In this document: positions 13,500 through 27,600 of the stretch, piece after piece
Numbering within the stretch: the stretch's first letter is position 1
Layout of the letters: each line of letters opens with the position of its first letter
Source of the DNA: Mizuhopecten yessoensis
Lineage: Eukaryota
Length of the DNA: 64,000 bases
Direction of reading: 5' to 3'
Assembly: GCF_002113885.1 (NCBI RefSeq)
Contig: NW_018403776.1
Location: forward strand, 170,810 to 234,809
Position numbers and translations under genes: made by a program
The notes under the pieces: generated by a model
Told to the model about the DNA's origin: nothing
Seen by the model: the letters and a program-made list of their open reading frames with translations, nothing else
Databases searched by the model: none

Positions 13500-16400
13500 T
13501 TCGCGGACTACACCTAAACATTGTCAACACAACAAAGGTTCCAGTCTCGGCGGATTACACCTTAATATTGTCAACACAACAAAGGTTCCAGTCTCGGCGG
13601 TCTACACCTTAACATTGTCAACACAACAAAGGTTCAAGTCTAGGCGGTCTACACCTTAACAATCTCAACACAACAAAAGTTCCAGTCTCGGCGGGCTACA
13701 CCTTAACATTCTGAACACAACAAAGGTTCCAGTCTAGGCGGATTACCACTTAACATTGTCAAGACAACAAGGTTCCAGTCTAGGCGGACTACCCCTTAAC
13801 ATTGTCAACATAACAAAGATTCTAGTCTAGGCGGATTACCCCTTAATCTTGTCAACACAACAAAAATTCCAGTCTCGGCGGTCTACACCTTAACATTGTC
13901 AACACAACAAAGGTTCCAGTCTAGGCGGACTACACCTTAACATTGTCAACACAACAAAACTTCCAGTCTAGGCGGATTACACCTTAATATTGTCAACACA
14001 ACAAAGGCTCCAGTATCGGCGGACTACACCTTAACATTGTCAACACAACAAGGTTCCAGTCCAGGAGGACTACACCTTAACCTTGTCAACACAACAAAGG
14101 TTCCAGTCTCGGCGGTCTACACCTTAACATTCTCAACACAACAAAGGTTCCAGTCTCGGCGAATTACACTTTAACATTCTCGACACAACAAAGGTTCCAG
14201 TCTCGGCGGTCTACACCTTAACATTGTCAACACATCAAAGGTTCCAGTCTAGGCGGATTACCCCTTAATATTGTCAACACCACAAAAATTCCAGTCTCGG
14301 CGGTCTACACTTTAACATTGTCAACACAACAAAGGTTCCAGTCTAGGCGGATTACCCCTTAATATTGTCAACACAACAAAAATTCCAGTCTCGGCGGTCT
14401 ACACCTTAACATTGTCAACACAACAAAGGTTCCAGCCTAGACGGTCTACACCTTAACATTCTCAACACAACAAAGGTTCCAGTCTCGGCAAACTACACTT
14501 TAACATTGTCAACACAGCAAAGGTTCCAGTCTCGGCGGTCTACACCTTAACATTGTCAACATACACAAAAGTTTCAGTCTCGGCGGTCTACACCTTAGCA
14601 TTGTCAACAGAACAAATGTTCCAGTCTCGGCGGTCTACACCTTAACATTGTCAACACAACAAAGGTTCCAGTCTCGGCGGTCTACACCTTAACATTGTCA
14701 ACACAACAAAGGTTCCAGTCTCGGCGGTCTACACCTTAACATTGTCAACACAACAAAGGTTCCAGTCTCGGCGGTCTACACCTTAACATTGTCAACACAA
14801 CAAAGGTTCCAGTCTCGGCGGTCTACACCTTAACATTGTCAACACAACAAAGGTTCCAGTCTCGGCGGTCTACACCTTAACATTGTCAACACAACAAAGG
14901 TTCCAGTCTCGGCGGTCTACACCTTAACATTGTCAACACAACAAAGGTTCCAGTCTCGGCGGTCTACACCTTAACATTGTCAACACAACAAAGGTTCCAG
15001 TCTCGGCGGTCTACACCTTAACATTGTCAACACAACAAAGGTTCCAGTCTCGGCGGTCTACACCTTAACATTGTCAACACAACAAAGGTTCCAGTCTCGG
15101 CGGTCTACACCTTAACATTGTCAACACAACAAAGGTTCCAGTCTCGGCGGTCTACACCTTAACATTGTCAACACAACAAAGGTTCCAGTCTCGGCGGTCT
15201 ACACCTTAACATTGTCAACACAACAAAGGTTCCAGTCTCGGCGGTCTACACCTTAACATTGTCAACACAACAAAGGTTCCAGTCTCGGCGGTCTACACCT
15301 TAACATTGTCAACACAACAAAGGTTCCAGTCTCGGCGGTCTACACCTTAACATTGTCAACACAACAAAGGTTCCAGTCTCGGCGGTCTACACCTTAACAT
15401 TGTCAACACAACAAAGGTTCCAGTCTCGGCGGTCTACACCTTAACATTGTCAACACAACAAAGGTTCCAGTCTCGGCGGTCTACACCTTAACATTGTCAA
15501 CACAACAAAGGTTCCAGTCTCGGCGGTCTACACCTTAACATTGTCAACACAACAAAGGTTCCAGTCTCGGCGGTCTACACCTTAACATTGTCAACACAAC
15601 AAAGGTTCCAGTCTCGGCGGTCTACACCTTAACATTGTCAACACAACAAAGGTTCCAGTCTCGGCGGTCTACACCTTAACATTGTCAACACAACAAAGGT
15701 TCCAGTCTCGGCGGTCTACACCTTAACATTGTCAACACAACAAAGGTTCCAGTCTCGGCGGTCTACACCTTAACATTGTCAACACAACAAAGGTTCCAGT
15801 CTCGGCGGTCTACACCTTAACATTGTCAACACAACAAAGGTTCCAGTCTCGGCGGTCTACACCTTAACATTGTCAACACAACAAAGGTTCCAGTCTCGGC
15901 GGTCTACACCTTAACATTGTCAACACAACAAAGGTTCCAGTCTCGGCGGTCTACACCTTAACATTGTCAACACAACAAAGGTTCCAGTCTCGGCGGTCTA
16001 CACCTTAACATTGTCAACACAACAAAGGTTCCAGTCTCGGCGGTCTACACCTTAACATTGTCAACACAACAAAGGTTCCAGTCTCGGCGGTCTACACCTT
16101 AACATTGTCAACACAACAAAGGTTCCAGTCTCGGCGGTCTACACCTTAACATTGTCAACACAACAAAGGTTCCAGTCTCGGCGGTCTACACCTTAACATT
16201 GTCAACACAACAAAGGTTCCAGTCTCGGCGGTCTACACCTTAACATTGTCAACACAACAAAGGTTCCAGTCTCGGCGGTCTACACCTTAACATTGTCAAC
16301 ACAACAAAGGTTCCAGTCTCGGCGGTCTACACCTTAACATTGTCAACACAACAAAGGTTCCAGTCTCGGCGGTCTACACCTTAACATTGTCAACACAACA

Positions 16401-17150
16401 AAGGTTCCAGTCTCGGCGGTCTACACCTTAACATTGTCAACACAACAAAGGTTCCAGTCTCGGCGGTCTACACCTTAACATTGTCAACACAACAAAGGTT
16501 CCAGTCTCGGCGGTCTACACCTTAACATTGTCAACACAACAAAGGTTCCAGTCTCGGCGGTCTACACCTTAACATTGTCAACACAACAAAGGTTCCAGTC
16601 TCGGCGGTCTACACCTTAACATTGTCAACACAACAAAGGTTCCAGTCTCGGCGGTCTACACCTTAACATTGTCAACACAACAAAGGTTCCAGTCTCGGCG
16701 GTCTACACCTTAACATTGTCAACACAACAAAGGTTCCAGTCTCGGCGGTCTACACCTTAACATTGTCAACACAACAAAGGTTCCAGTCTCGGCGGTCTAC
16801 ACCTTAACATTGTCAACACAACAAAGGTTCCAGTCTCGGCGGTCTACACCTTAACATTGTCAACACAACAAAGGTTCCAGTCTCGGCGGTCTACACCTTA
16901 ACATTGTCAACACAACAAAGGTTCCAGTCTCGGCGGTCTACACCTTAACATTGTCAACACAACAAAGGTTCCAGTCTCGGCGGTCTACACCTTAACATTG
17001 TCAACACAACAAAGGTTCCAGTCTCGGCGGTCTACACCTTAACATTGTCAACACAACAAAGGTTCCAGTCTCGGCGGTCTACACCTTAACATTGTCAACA
17101 CAACAAAGGTTCCAGTCTCGGCGGTCTACACCTTAACATTCTCAACACAG
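13500..17150. repeat. Minisatellite/satellite, 47-bp unit ACACCTTAACATTGTCAACACAACAAAGGTTCCAGTCTCGGCGGTCT, ~77 copies
   Basis: Period 47 (16141, 16188). Copies vary over 13500-14620 and appear identical over ~14620-17140. No spacers. Confidence 0.98.
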
Positions 17151-17439
17151 CGGAGGTTCAAGGCCAGATTGGTCTTTGCCTTTGCATTATTTTACGTGAA
17201 ACAAACAATTTAATCATTATTGTATTTAATAGTTGGAAATTTAAGAAGGATTCGGAAGTTCAAGCAACTATCTCTTACTAGTGAATGACACAGGTGCATG
17301 AATCGTTTTTCTCCCCATCCCTTCCCTCCCATAGAAAACAAAATGGACTTTGCTCTCAAATGCAAGCTTTTTTTTAATCAGAAGGATGGGGGATCTATTC
17401 AAGCACCTGATCTGCATAAAGCAAAATGAGAATGGATTA

Positions 17440-17860
17440 TTGATGCGGTGTCAACAGAATTCCCACATGGCGGTGTGATTGGACCCTCTTCTGAATGCAT
17501 GACGACCTGGCAGGAGTGACAGAATCAATTACCAACTTCTACACAGACGTCGCAAAACTGCATGTGCTGGGCAACACTGACAGAGATACAGGAATTTTAC
17601 AGTCGGATCTAGACAAGCTACATTGTAGGGACTGGCTGGAGAGGTTACTGTTAAAACTCGGCGACATTGAAAACGTTAGGATCTGACATCATCAAATCAC
17701 ATACATAAAAAATACAACTATACAATATTCAACCATCAACAACGTAACACAGAGAGAAATGTGGATGTCACCTCCGACACAAACCTAATGTAACTCTCCT
17801 AACCTAAAATGTAGCTCTCCTTTGGTAGAGTATACAAATAAAGCCAACGGGATAATACGA
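17440..17860 (+). mobile_element. Decayed non-LTR retrotransposon (CR1/L2-clade-like) reverse transcriptase fragment
   Basis: Frame-disrupted translation PHGGVIGP...DDL....FYTDVAKL.......ILQSDLDKL..W resembles the RT motifs PQGSVLGP / NDL / FADDTK / LQ.DLD.L..W. GAGAGAAATGTGGATGTC downstream resembles EKDLGV. Confidence 0.65.
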
Positions 17861-18593
17861 ATGCTGAAGTTTGTTAAATATGTGTGTTGGGTGAACGTCT
17901 TCACAACAACTTAGGTCCCATAACAACGTCGACTTTCACTGCCGTTGGAGGCGTCATTTTAAAGTGGCATCCCACTGAAATGCCACAACCTTGATACGGT
18001 AGAGCATGACATCTAAACCTGTTATACTAGACTGGCAACGGGCTAAACATAAATCTATGGAAATATTACCAAAAGGGAAGAGATAAGAAAACAAGACAAC
18101 ACACAGATCTCCAAGTTCTGTAATAATGGCGGCATATCAGCGTTGGTTTCCGTGGACAGAGAAGAAACTGCCCATTCTTTAGGTATTCAACCTGGGTCGC
18201 TTCATACAGTACATGAATTATTTTCCTATGCCCACGAATTTACATGGATGAAATACTAAAGACAAGTATCACTCTTCTACTTGGGAAAATATAACAATAT
18301 CCATATTCGAATATCAATCACAGCATTCTGTTAACTTTATATGGCGTTCTACATACACTTACTATGTTTCTCCCTAAATCGACTTACCTAATTTTGCGTA
18401 TTCCCGGTGAAAGTTTTGAGTATGCCGTAACAGTACTGAGTCCGGTGCACAAACGTTATGTTAAGGTCTTTGCAGAGCATCGAAACTATTTCAATTAGAT
18501 TACAATGTACAAGTATAAGGCATCATTCAACAAAACATAATAGCACGGCTTACAAATTTTATATACAATTTCTTCAAGCATTAATGTGAAAAT

Positions 18594-18648
18594 GTGTGTG
18601 TGTGTTGTGTGTGTGTGTGTGGGGGGGGGNNNNNNNNNNNNNNNNNNN
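18594..18648. other. (GT)n/poly-G microsatellite abutting an assembly gap (N run ~18630-18648)
   Basis: Seen directly in the sequence. Confidence 0.95.
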
Positions 18649-18971
18649 NGGTATGATAAAAGGTTTTGACAACACAATCGAAAACATTAAGGTCAGTTAA
18701 CCAGCTGACCATCGTAATTTCACTATAAAGTAGCTCACCTAATGTGACTTGATGTTATTGGGATTGGCGTGCGTTTCGTTATACATAATCAACGTTTATT
18801 TTTATTTTTTATATTGTTCGGTCTAATGCAATGATTGACGGATAGTTAGATTTGTAATGTCTGATTGACCACTGTCTTAACGTTTCAATAAAACATTCTG
18901 AATCTAGTATTGATATTGAGTGTCTGGTAAGGATTCAATGCATATTCTGTAGCACTACATTCATCGTCATT

Positions 18972-19012
18972 CTGTCTGTATGTCTGTCTGTATGTATGTA
19001 TGTCTGTCTGTC
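18972..19012. repeat. Compound (TCTG)n/(TATG)n microsatellite
   Basis: TCTGTCTGTATGTCTGTCTGTATGTATGTATGTCTGTCTG. Confidence 0.85.
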
Positions 19013-21064
19013 ATCGTCGTTTCTTTGAAAACTAGTCTTGGTAATATAATTAGTAGAGGAAGTTGTTAGCCCATGGGTGCGGTCAAAGAAGAGCTCAAAC
19101 CAAAATAGAAATCTGTCCTCGACGGAACTTCTGCAAACGTCATACTTTGAAATATATTTGCGTATTTATTTCTATCTATCAATATCCTGTTGTGACTATC
19201 CATTCATTGTTAATCGCGTTTCTTATTCGTCATTATTCTATCCTTTTTCGTCATGAGGCCTTCATGCCAGTAGAGGCCACTTGTTTTCACTTTCGTAAAA
19301 AGTTAATGATATAAATAACTTGTTAAAAATGTGCCCTCATATACATGTAGATGCGTAGATATGTAAGTGGGGAAATATGTCATCAAATTGGTAACACCCC
19401 ACCGTTCAATGTTTAACGACATTTAATTCAAATAATATCAAAAGGACTTTACGTTCACCCGAGTTTTAAAAACTTCTTGAAATATCTGGTATTATCGTAT
19501 AGCCTCAAGATGTCTTATTCAACTGTCTGTAACTCCTGATAAATTGACATGTGACTTATTCTTCAAAATATTTCAACTGTTTAAGGGAGGAAGCAAACTG
19601 CTCATCATTTTGATATATAGTTAGAATGACATAATACTATGATTGGGAGTATATGCGTCACGTCCCTGTCTGTGGCATGGGTTAAAAATCATTTCCTTTT
19701 TTTGGGGNTAGATCTGTCGTTTTCTTCTTTTTCTTTACTTTTTCTCTCCTTATTTCAGCTCTTTTCTTGTGGCAAACCTGTTATGTTATGTGAAAAATAT
19801 TAAACATTAACGTTATAGAATGCGGGTAACTTGTTTAAACTGGACTTTAACGTACCTTGTCGTAATAAACGTGTTAAGCAGGTGAAACTAAAACATTTAC
19901 AGATTAAATATTGACAGCACCAGCCCCCGTCGACCGAAAAGCCTAGTGCTCCTGAACCCAGGTGTGCTGACGTCAAGGCGCAGGTTCGATCCCCGGCGTC
20001 CGAGGTAACTTGTAGACATGAAATAAGTTGTGTCTAGATATTGTCTACTTCGGGGCATTCCGCTGTGAATTCGTTGCCAGCATCAAATTTAGAACTTATA
20101 ACATAAAGTATAAGAAATAAATTCAAAAAAAATGTATTAATGTTTTACAATATCATAAGTATAGCTCTACTTCATTGTCTCTCTTTAATTCACACTATAT
20201 TAGTGTATATCCTGTAATATTTTACACTTTGCTACATTAGCATATATGTACATTACACTATTGATAGTGTCTTAACTTGTGTTTTGTAACACTTGTGTGA
20301 CATTCAAGTGTTCACTATTAAATTATTTTGCAAAAACTGTGATTTCATATGCTCTACTGTATATTTTTAGCATATATCTAATTTGAATTGTTGTCTTGTT
20401 TATATATATATATATATTTATAAGTACTGTGATCCTTGTTAAATTATATATATGTTTTGTAGCAAGAATAGCACTACAGAGCTAATGTTATAATGTTACA
20501 TGCATATGCGACGTTAAATAAAGCTTCTTGACTCTTGACCTTGGAAAGACTCTGCTTCTTCTTTCTCAGATTATCAGCAGCTGTACTGGGTAATGCACAT
20601 ACTTATAAGTCGGTGGATTGGTTACTTTCGGTTGATGGTTCCACGGGTGCTTGAATCAAGATTCTGTAACTTTGATTAGCACTACAATACATCGATGTCG
20701 TCCCTTTTATATGGGAGAGGGTTGCAAAAAGAACCTGACTGTACATGTGTTTGGATTTAGAAAGGAGAGGTTTGATATTGCCAAGTAGAACTGTCTAAAA
20801 CAACGTACTCTGCCAACTAACACACTGAATGCATGGGGCATTGTGTTACTTCATCCCCACCCTAACCTCAACCACTGCCACTATTTAACCATGAAAGTAA
20901 GGCTCTCAAAATTCACACGAGTTTAGTTGGGGCGGAGTCTGCTGTAACCAAGGTTGCAGACGGACCTTCTTTTTAATCACTTGCGACCCAAGAGACACTG
21001 GTCACTTTAAATATCATATTTGTTCTAGATATTATAATATTAATGCCATAAATCATATAGACAA

Positions 21065-21228
21065 CAGTGGCGGATCCAGAGGTTTTTTGGGCTTCAGGAA
21101 ACCCCCCCACCCTGAGAATTTTCTTTAAAAATCATATATTTTCACCATTTTCCTCAATTTTTCCCCACATGGAAACCCCCCCAGGAAATTTGGAAACCCC
21201 CCCCGAAAGGTCTCTGGATCCGCCACTG
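21065..21228. mobile_element. 164-bp MITE with 17-bp TIRs and 5-bp TSD (hAT5-like)
   Basis: TIR CAGTGGCGGATCCAGAG / CTCTGGATCCGCCACTG. GACAA flanks both sides (21060-21064 and 21229-21233). Confidence 0.9.
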
Positions 21229-21675
21229 GACAATCATAAATTAACCATGGCTTCAAAAACAAAACATTCAAAACGTTCTGTGCAAAGAAATTACCCGGGC
21301 ATTTTCATTAGGGTATTTGATTTGCCACGACACATCAGTTAACAACACCTGTCACATTTGAGTGGTTATTTCCGGTTCCTTTCCAGGTGCGACATGGAGG
21401 TCCAGCAAAGAGCAATATCTGTCACAGAAAACATGAATTATTGAAAATTGTTCTCTGTTTAGGGGAAATAAGTATCTTAGTATCTTTCCTGTATATGTAA
21501 GACGGAGAAATATCTTTACGACGGGTATGTAAAAGCAAATCTAAATGACGGATGTAAACAATACGACCGGAAGGTCACAGACCGACGAACCGTCTGTGTA
21601 GTTGTCAAACGATCAAGGGAGGCTGTGCTGTAGGATCAGACCGATGCAGGGTATGTGTGATGGTGTCGGAGCAGC

Positions 21676-24600
21676 ATGCACAGTGTAACAGGGCGACAGT
21701 GGACCCGAACATGGGCGCTTTGTTGTCTCCTCGCTGGCCACCTGTTAACTTACGTAGGTACGTATTGCAGACACCCTGGTCACTGGACACCCATGGGCTA
21801 ATCTCGGGTCCATGTGAGTCACAGCAGTGTTTCATTTCAATGCACAATTGTACTTGATGCTCTGACACAGAAAGTCAGGAAATAGATCATGGGAAATATA
21901 TGTGTATAACCTCAGCGAGTACACAGTGTAGTGTCATTGTCATTTTTGGTTCTTATAGGAACTTGTAAGTTGTGTCATGTGTGTAGTGTTATATAATGCT
22001 GATCAGTGTTGTACCTGTTCAAATCAAGGTAAGAGATAATTGTTGAACATCTCGCTTGATATTTATATTTCATATATTTCAGTTTATTTTTATCAAGAGC
22101 TGATACTGTAAAAAACAGTACATTTGCTACATCTAATTTTTAAGACATGTATGTATTGAATTTATATATAAGGTCTGTAGCTAGGCCGGTGCTAAATTTA
22201 AATTCAGTCACCAAATGTTCAGATACATCTTTTTCCATTCATAATGATATTGTGACATAATTTAAGAGCAATATGGTATTATGCAGTGATAAAAGAATAA
22301 TTTTCTGAAGTGGTAAGTCCTTAAATTTTAGAACTCTGTCATGATGGTAACAGGTTGTTTCGCCCTATTTTTAATTCATAGTCTAATATAATAATTAATA
22401 TTTAGTTATATCAACTATACTTATTGATGATTTTCTACATTGGTGTTTGGTATATTTCAAGTAGAGTAAGTATGTAAGAGCGGAGTCAGCTTTTCACAGC
22501 TGCCATTTGTCACATCAGCTATAAAACAAGACAAACACATTTTGTTTATGAAATTGATAAGAATTATATAGAAGACTAAGTACACTAAATTTGTGACTTA
22601 AAACTGCCGAAACAACTTAGCGCGAATCAACATATAGGGCGAACAGGATTTCGGGTGAATCAACTCTGAACCGTCATATGTCCAAAAACCCGCAGCCTAA
22701 AACCATTCCTTTTAATAGTAAATTCAGTGTTCCCCCTAACCCCTTTGGGAAGATAGAAAGCATTTGTGCAACGAGAATGGAAACAATGCCAATCATGCTG
22801 TAATACAAATCTTGTGTACATGTATATAATACCTGTGTAGTTTGCAGCAACATTGACTTTGACTTATAAACTGTAATGTAGTCTTAACCTTAAAAAAGTA
22901 TTTCTTGAAAAAGTATCTTTGTGCATTAACTTTACTTGTCTGATCAATCATGTACATGTTTCCGAAAGAATACATCACCTGGGATATTGGTAGCATTAAA
23001 CAGATCATATTCGAATGTCAATTTGCCTCCTTATTCTAGTTTACCTCTGCCCAGAATTTTGAAACCTTATTGATTCACACATGTCATGGTCTTTTCATGA
23101 TCACTTGACATGATAAATCTAATATGAACTTGTTATGTGACATTTCAATCGGATATCATTTACATATTATTGAATTTAAAACAGTTTAAGTATTTTTAAC
23201 GATACAATTGGTAATGTGCAATGACTTTGTGATCAGTTGGTGTTTATCATTGTATCTGGATTCTAGATCTAACATTTCGTTTTGTGATGTGCAATTTAGG
23301 TATATCATAATTAATGTTAATCTGACATCATTATGTTATTGACATTTGTAAGTGCTGAAGTTTTAGATAGTGCATCTACACTTGCAGATCTCTAGTATTT
23401 CGTGGCAACGCAATAGCCTATAAATTTAAACTAGGTCACATGTTTGGCGACACACTTTCCATATTGTTATGCTGGTGTATGTACATTTCAGAGGCCTGAC
23501 CATTGTTTTAGGGTCATAATTTCATTGTTTGTTTTTAAATCTAAAAAAATGTTTTATTATTGTTATTGTTAATGCATGGAAATCTACCACACAATGTGAT
23601 GTATTAACAAAATGATAGGACACTTATTGCAATTGGCTATATATACATGTAGCTATCCCTATAAAAGCCCTGGTCCCAGTTTCCAGCTGTGCTGTAGTTG
23701 CTTTAAATACAAACAATATAAGTACCATTACTTTGAAATTTAAGTAAACAGGGTCCAATCCCAAACCTACATATGTTAGGCATCACCAGTTGCATTGAAA
23801 CTATATATTCTTTAACACTTTAGCAAAAGTCTTTGTCGGAACAGTTTTAGTTATACACAAACCATGCCTCCGACATATACTCTTCATGGTGCGTTTTTTA
23901 TACATTATGTCATCACATCAGTTATTTTTGGGACACAGATGATAGTCCTAGACTCCAGTGGGACTCTCCCAAATTCGAGAATCCGTACTATAGCTCATAG
24001 AAAATTGGACTCATTATTGTTTTGGAATTGAGGTTTAAGAGTCACATGGGGAAAACAATCCCAACAAAATGACTGTATAATAGATGACTGCCAATATAGT
24101 AACAATTGCCAAGGGCAGGTAAACAGTTACAGAGTACATGTACTTGTCGTTATTGCATTACTTAAAACAATTATCTGATTGTGAGGCTTTAAAATCAATG
24201 GTCATGCATTTCAAATTAACAGCAAATGTTACTAATCTTCAGAGTGTTCAATATCATTGGCACAACTTTTGTGTGGATTCTGACGTGTGTGGCAGTCATT
24301 TGTTATTCACTGTTTCTTTACTCTCTGACGACACATCAGCCTTAGCTTGAGTTACTCCAGGAGTAGGTTCTCTTTAAGCAAGTCTATTACCACTTCAGTG
24401 ATGGGCGTTACTTTTGATGCAGGAATGGATAAATCTACGTCCAGGCTCATCCCGGTTTTGTTTTGCTGTTGGTATTTCAGATCTATTTCATGGTCTCACA
24501 GTTGTGTGTCGTCCAGTTCGTAAACGGACTGCTAATAATCAAAATTCAATATGACACAAAGAGATTTCCCATTCTCAAAGGTCGTTGATCAGCCTGTTGT

Positions 24601-27600
24601 ATTAGTGTGGTTCTCAAACTATCGGTCTTTGGAACCTTTTCATTTTTAATGCGTCTGTCAAGAAAGCTGATGTGGTTTTTATAATGACACTGATGTTTAG
24701 GACTCAGATGTTGGAGTCCTGGAACCATCCTTTTCCTGTGGGACTCGTCAACAGCTATTTATCTCTTAGTAAAACATGTTGAAAAAATGTCCAAGACTTG
24801 CCTGAAGTATTTCTACAAAAATCACTGAATGATATGATTGAATTGTTAGTAATCTGTGCACTTTGAGGTACAATGCTGACTGGAATGATCAACTTTGCTG
24901 TGATGTCCTCCTTTATTTGTCTCTCTTTATTTTGATTAATATTTTGGGTTGTGATGGGCTGATGATCGATTATAATCGAAAATTAATCGGTTTGCTCTTT
25001 CCGTTTCTGATTATCGATTACAAATTCCATAATCGACATAATTGGTTCACTATTGAAAAAAAAGTATTCGAAAGTCTTCCATGTAAAGTATGCTTTGAAA
25101 GTCATATCTTGTTCTGATTGATAAAAATGCATGAAAGTTGCTTGATATCCATTCAGTAAAAGGAATGTAACCTAGGGTATAGTTAAAAACTCTGTCTATT
25201 GATGTTATGGTAGTGTATAGTTAACAACTCTGTCTATTGATGTTATGGTAGTGTTCTCACTTTATTTGGGAATTCAATCGCAAAAACTTGTAAACCGATT
25301 ATGCAATCAATCATTGATCGGTTTACTACTTCCGATTACATTACAGAATGGTTATCAATTATGCAATCAATCATCGATCGGTTTACTACTTCCAATTACA
25401 AACAGCTGGTTATCAATTATGGTTTTAAACCGATTGCCCATCACTAATTTAGGGTAAGATCTTGGTGGGTATTTTAAATGTAAGGTTTGAATTAAAAGTT
25501 GCAAAATTATTGTCTTTAACATAATTATATTGCACAGAGATGCAGAATCCTACAAGCAGTTGTCTTTATAGAACCTGTATATGAATCGGAGGTGGATACT
25601 GCAGTTTTCAGTAGAGCTCCAACGATATCCAAGAAAAAGTAATGTCAATGTTAAATGATGGATCATCAACACCAAAGATTAGATTTCATTTTATTGTAAT
25701 GACTTGTTTAAGTTAGTATATCATTCATTATATATATGAGCTCCGGTACTCCTGAATTGTTTGGTGGTTGTGGGGGCTTGTCTAAGTGATCCAAGGATGC
25801 AAATTAAAGGTTCTATCACAAAATCAAATATTAATTTTAAAATGTACAGAGTCAATGTCAGTGAGAAGAAGGTGGATGAAACTGTGGTCACCTTGCTCAG
25901 ATTATGGAAACAAAAAGTTATGTAGGGTGATTGGAAAGGGTTCCATATCCATGCAATCACATACATAGCTCAGATGATCTGTCTCCATCCAGTTGAGTGG
26001 GTATAGAAATATTGGTCCCGAAAGTACTGTTCATGGGGCTCACTGTTATATTGTGTCATGGTATATATATTGGAATAGTTATACATTATTTAAACGCTTC
26101 ATATTCTGTATAAATATAAAGTAATATTTTGAATAATGCCTATATACTGCATGTATCTAGGTAATTACCATTAAACAGTTCAATATGGTAATAACTGTGT
26201 GTTGGAATTTGCTAAACGGCTTGCACTATTGCTCTCCATATGTAACACAGTCTGATTCATCTCGCACTATATATCATTACACTCAAATTTTTACTGAGGC
26301 AGTATTTTCTTTTTATAAATGATTCGACCATTTTAATTAGTTTTCACTGTGGTTCCTGTAAAGTGGTTGAAATTGATTGAATTCCATGTTGACAATGGTG
26401 TGCTTGATGGGCTGCCTGAAGGGCTCAGGAAAGCATGTTCATTAGGAAATCTCATTCTGTCGACAGTTGTTATATAGCAGAACAATTAACGTGGTGAAAG
26501 GTAATTGGCTTTTTTCCAATATCAGTAAATGGAAATTGCTATACATGTAGTTTCTGTCTTCATTAGATTAGCATTCAAATTTAATTAGACTGTCTGCCTG
26601 TATAAGATATTGATTGTATCTAAATATGGTGTGTTCACCTATAAATATAGCTTTCTAATAGTATTTGTTGTACATTGCAATCCTCAACATTTTGTAATAA
26701 TTTGATATGAAATACTCTGTGAATATCATACCTGGGGTCTGATGTGTATTATTTTCGGGACCATATACATGTATATATATGATGTGCAGTTATTGACACA
26801 TAAAAAAATGAAAATATTTTGATATTTTTTTATGAGTCGTCGCTTATTCAGAACATTTTGAAACTTCTTTGACAATTGCTTTTCAATTAAGTGACAATTA
26901 CCGGGTATATATGCAGTAAAATTATTAGGACCCCCCCTCCCCCAAATTTAAAAAAAATATAGTTGGTACAAATGATAAAGCATATATATAAAGCACTAAG
27001 AACTCAGTTCTGTATATGTGTTTGTTTTAGTGTTCGTCCTATAAATATTGTTCAAGAGTAGCATCACCATATACTTCACAAGTATGGCAGAATATCAATA
27101 GTTTTCCCTCACGCAAATGTTGTCATTCCAATGATGAAATATTATGATGTGAATTATTAATGTATACATGTACATTATATATACTATCAATCATTGATCA
27201 TGAAGTTCTCGACCAGATGAAAGAGCAAATTAAGGATGTTTACATGTGATATCACTATTTTTATTGACTGCAGTAGTAGAGCAAATTAGGTTCATGTACC
27301 TCAATTTGTATATATAACTATATGTAGATGTTTAATTTATAAATGTTGCGTTTTGACATTGCAGTGTCCGTCAAAAGCAGTGATGAGTGGACTAAGACAG
27401 CCTGTGCCGGAGAATGTAACGACCAATACTCTTTGGAATGTCCCTACAAACAAAAGATTGCCATCAAAGATCTCCAGTACTACTCCAAGCCTTTGTCTTC
27501 GGAATGTCCCAACACTGCGTGCCAGAACCTGGAGAAATGCTGTAAATATGACCCATACGACTGCAGAACACCATTTTCCGAATCAAAGGCCTATGATGTT

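Noticed and set aside
13500-17150. CRISPR-like array (47-bp period)
   Set aside because: Units are contiguous with no unique spacers, there are no cas genes, and the context is eukaryotic.
19925-20010. tRNA gene (B box GGTTCGATCC); a similar remnant lies at ~54033-54120
   Set aside because: No cloverleaf can be formed; more likely eroded SINE heads.
21657-21857. ORF MMVSEQH...MGALLSPRW as the receptor start
   Set aside because: Its phase at the 21757 donor does not match exon 2. The ATG at 21676 gives phase 1 and a signal peptide.
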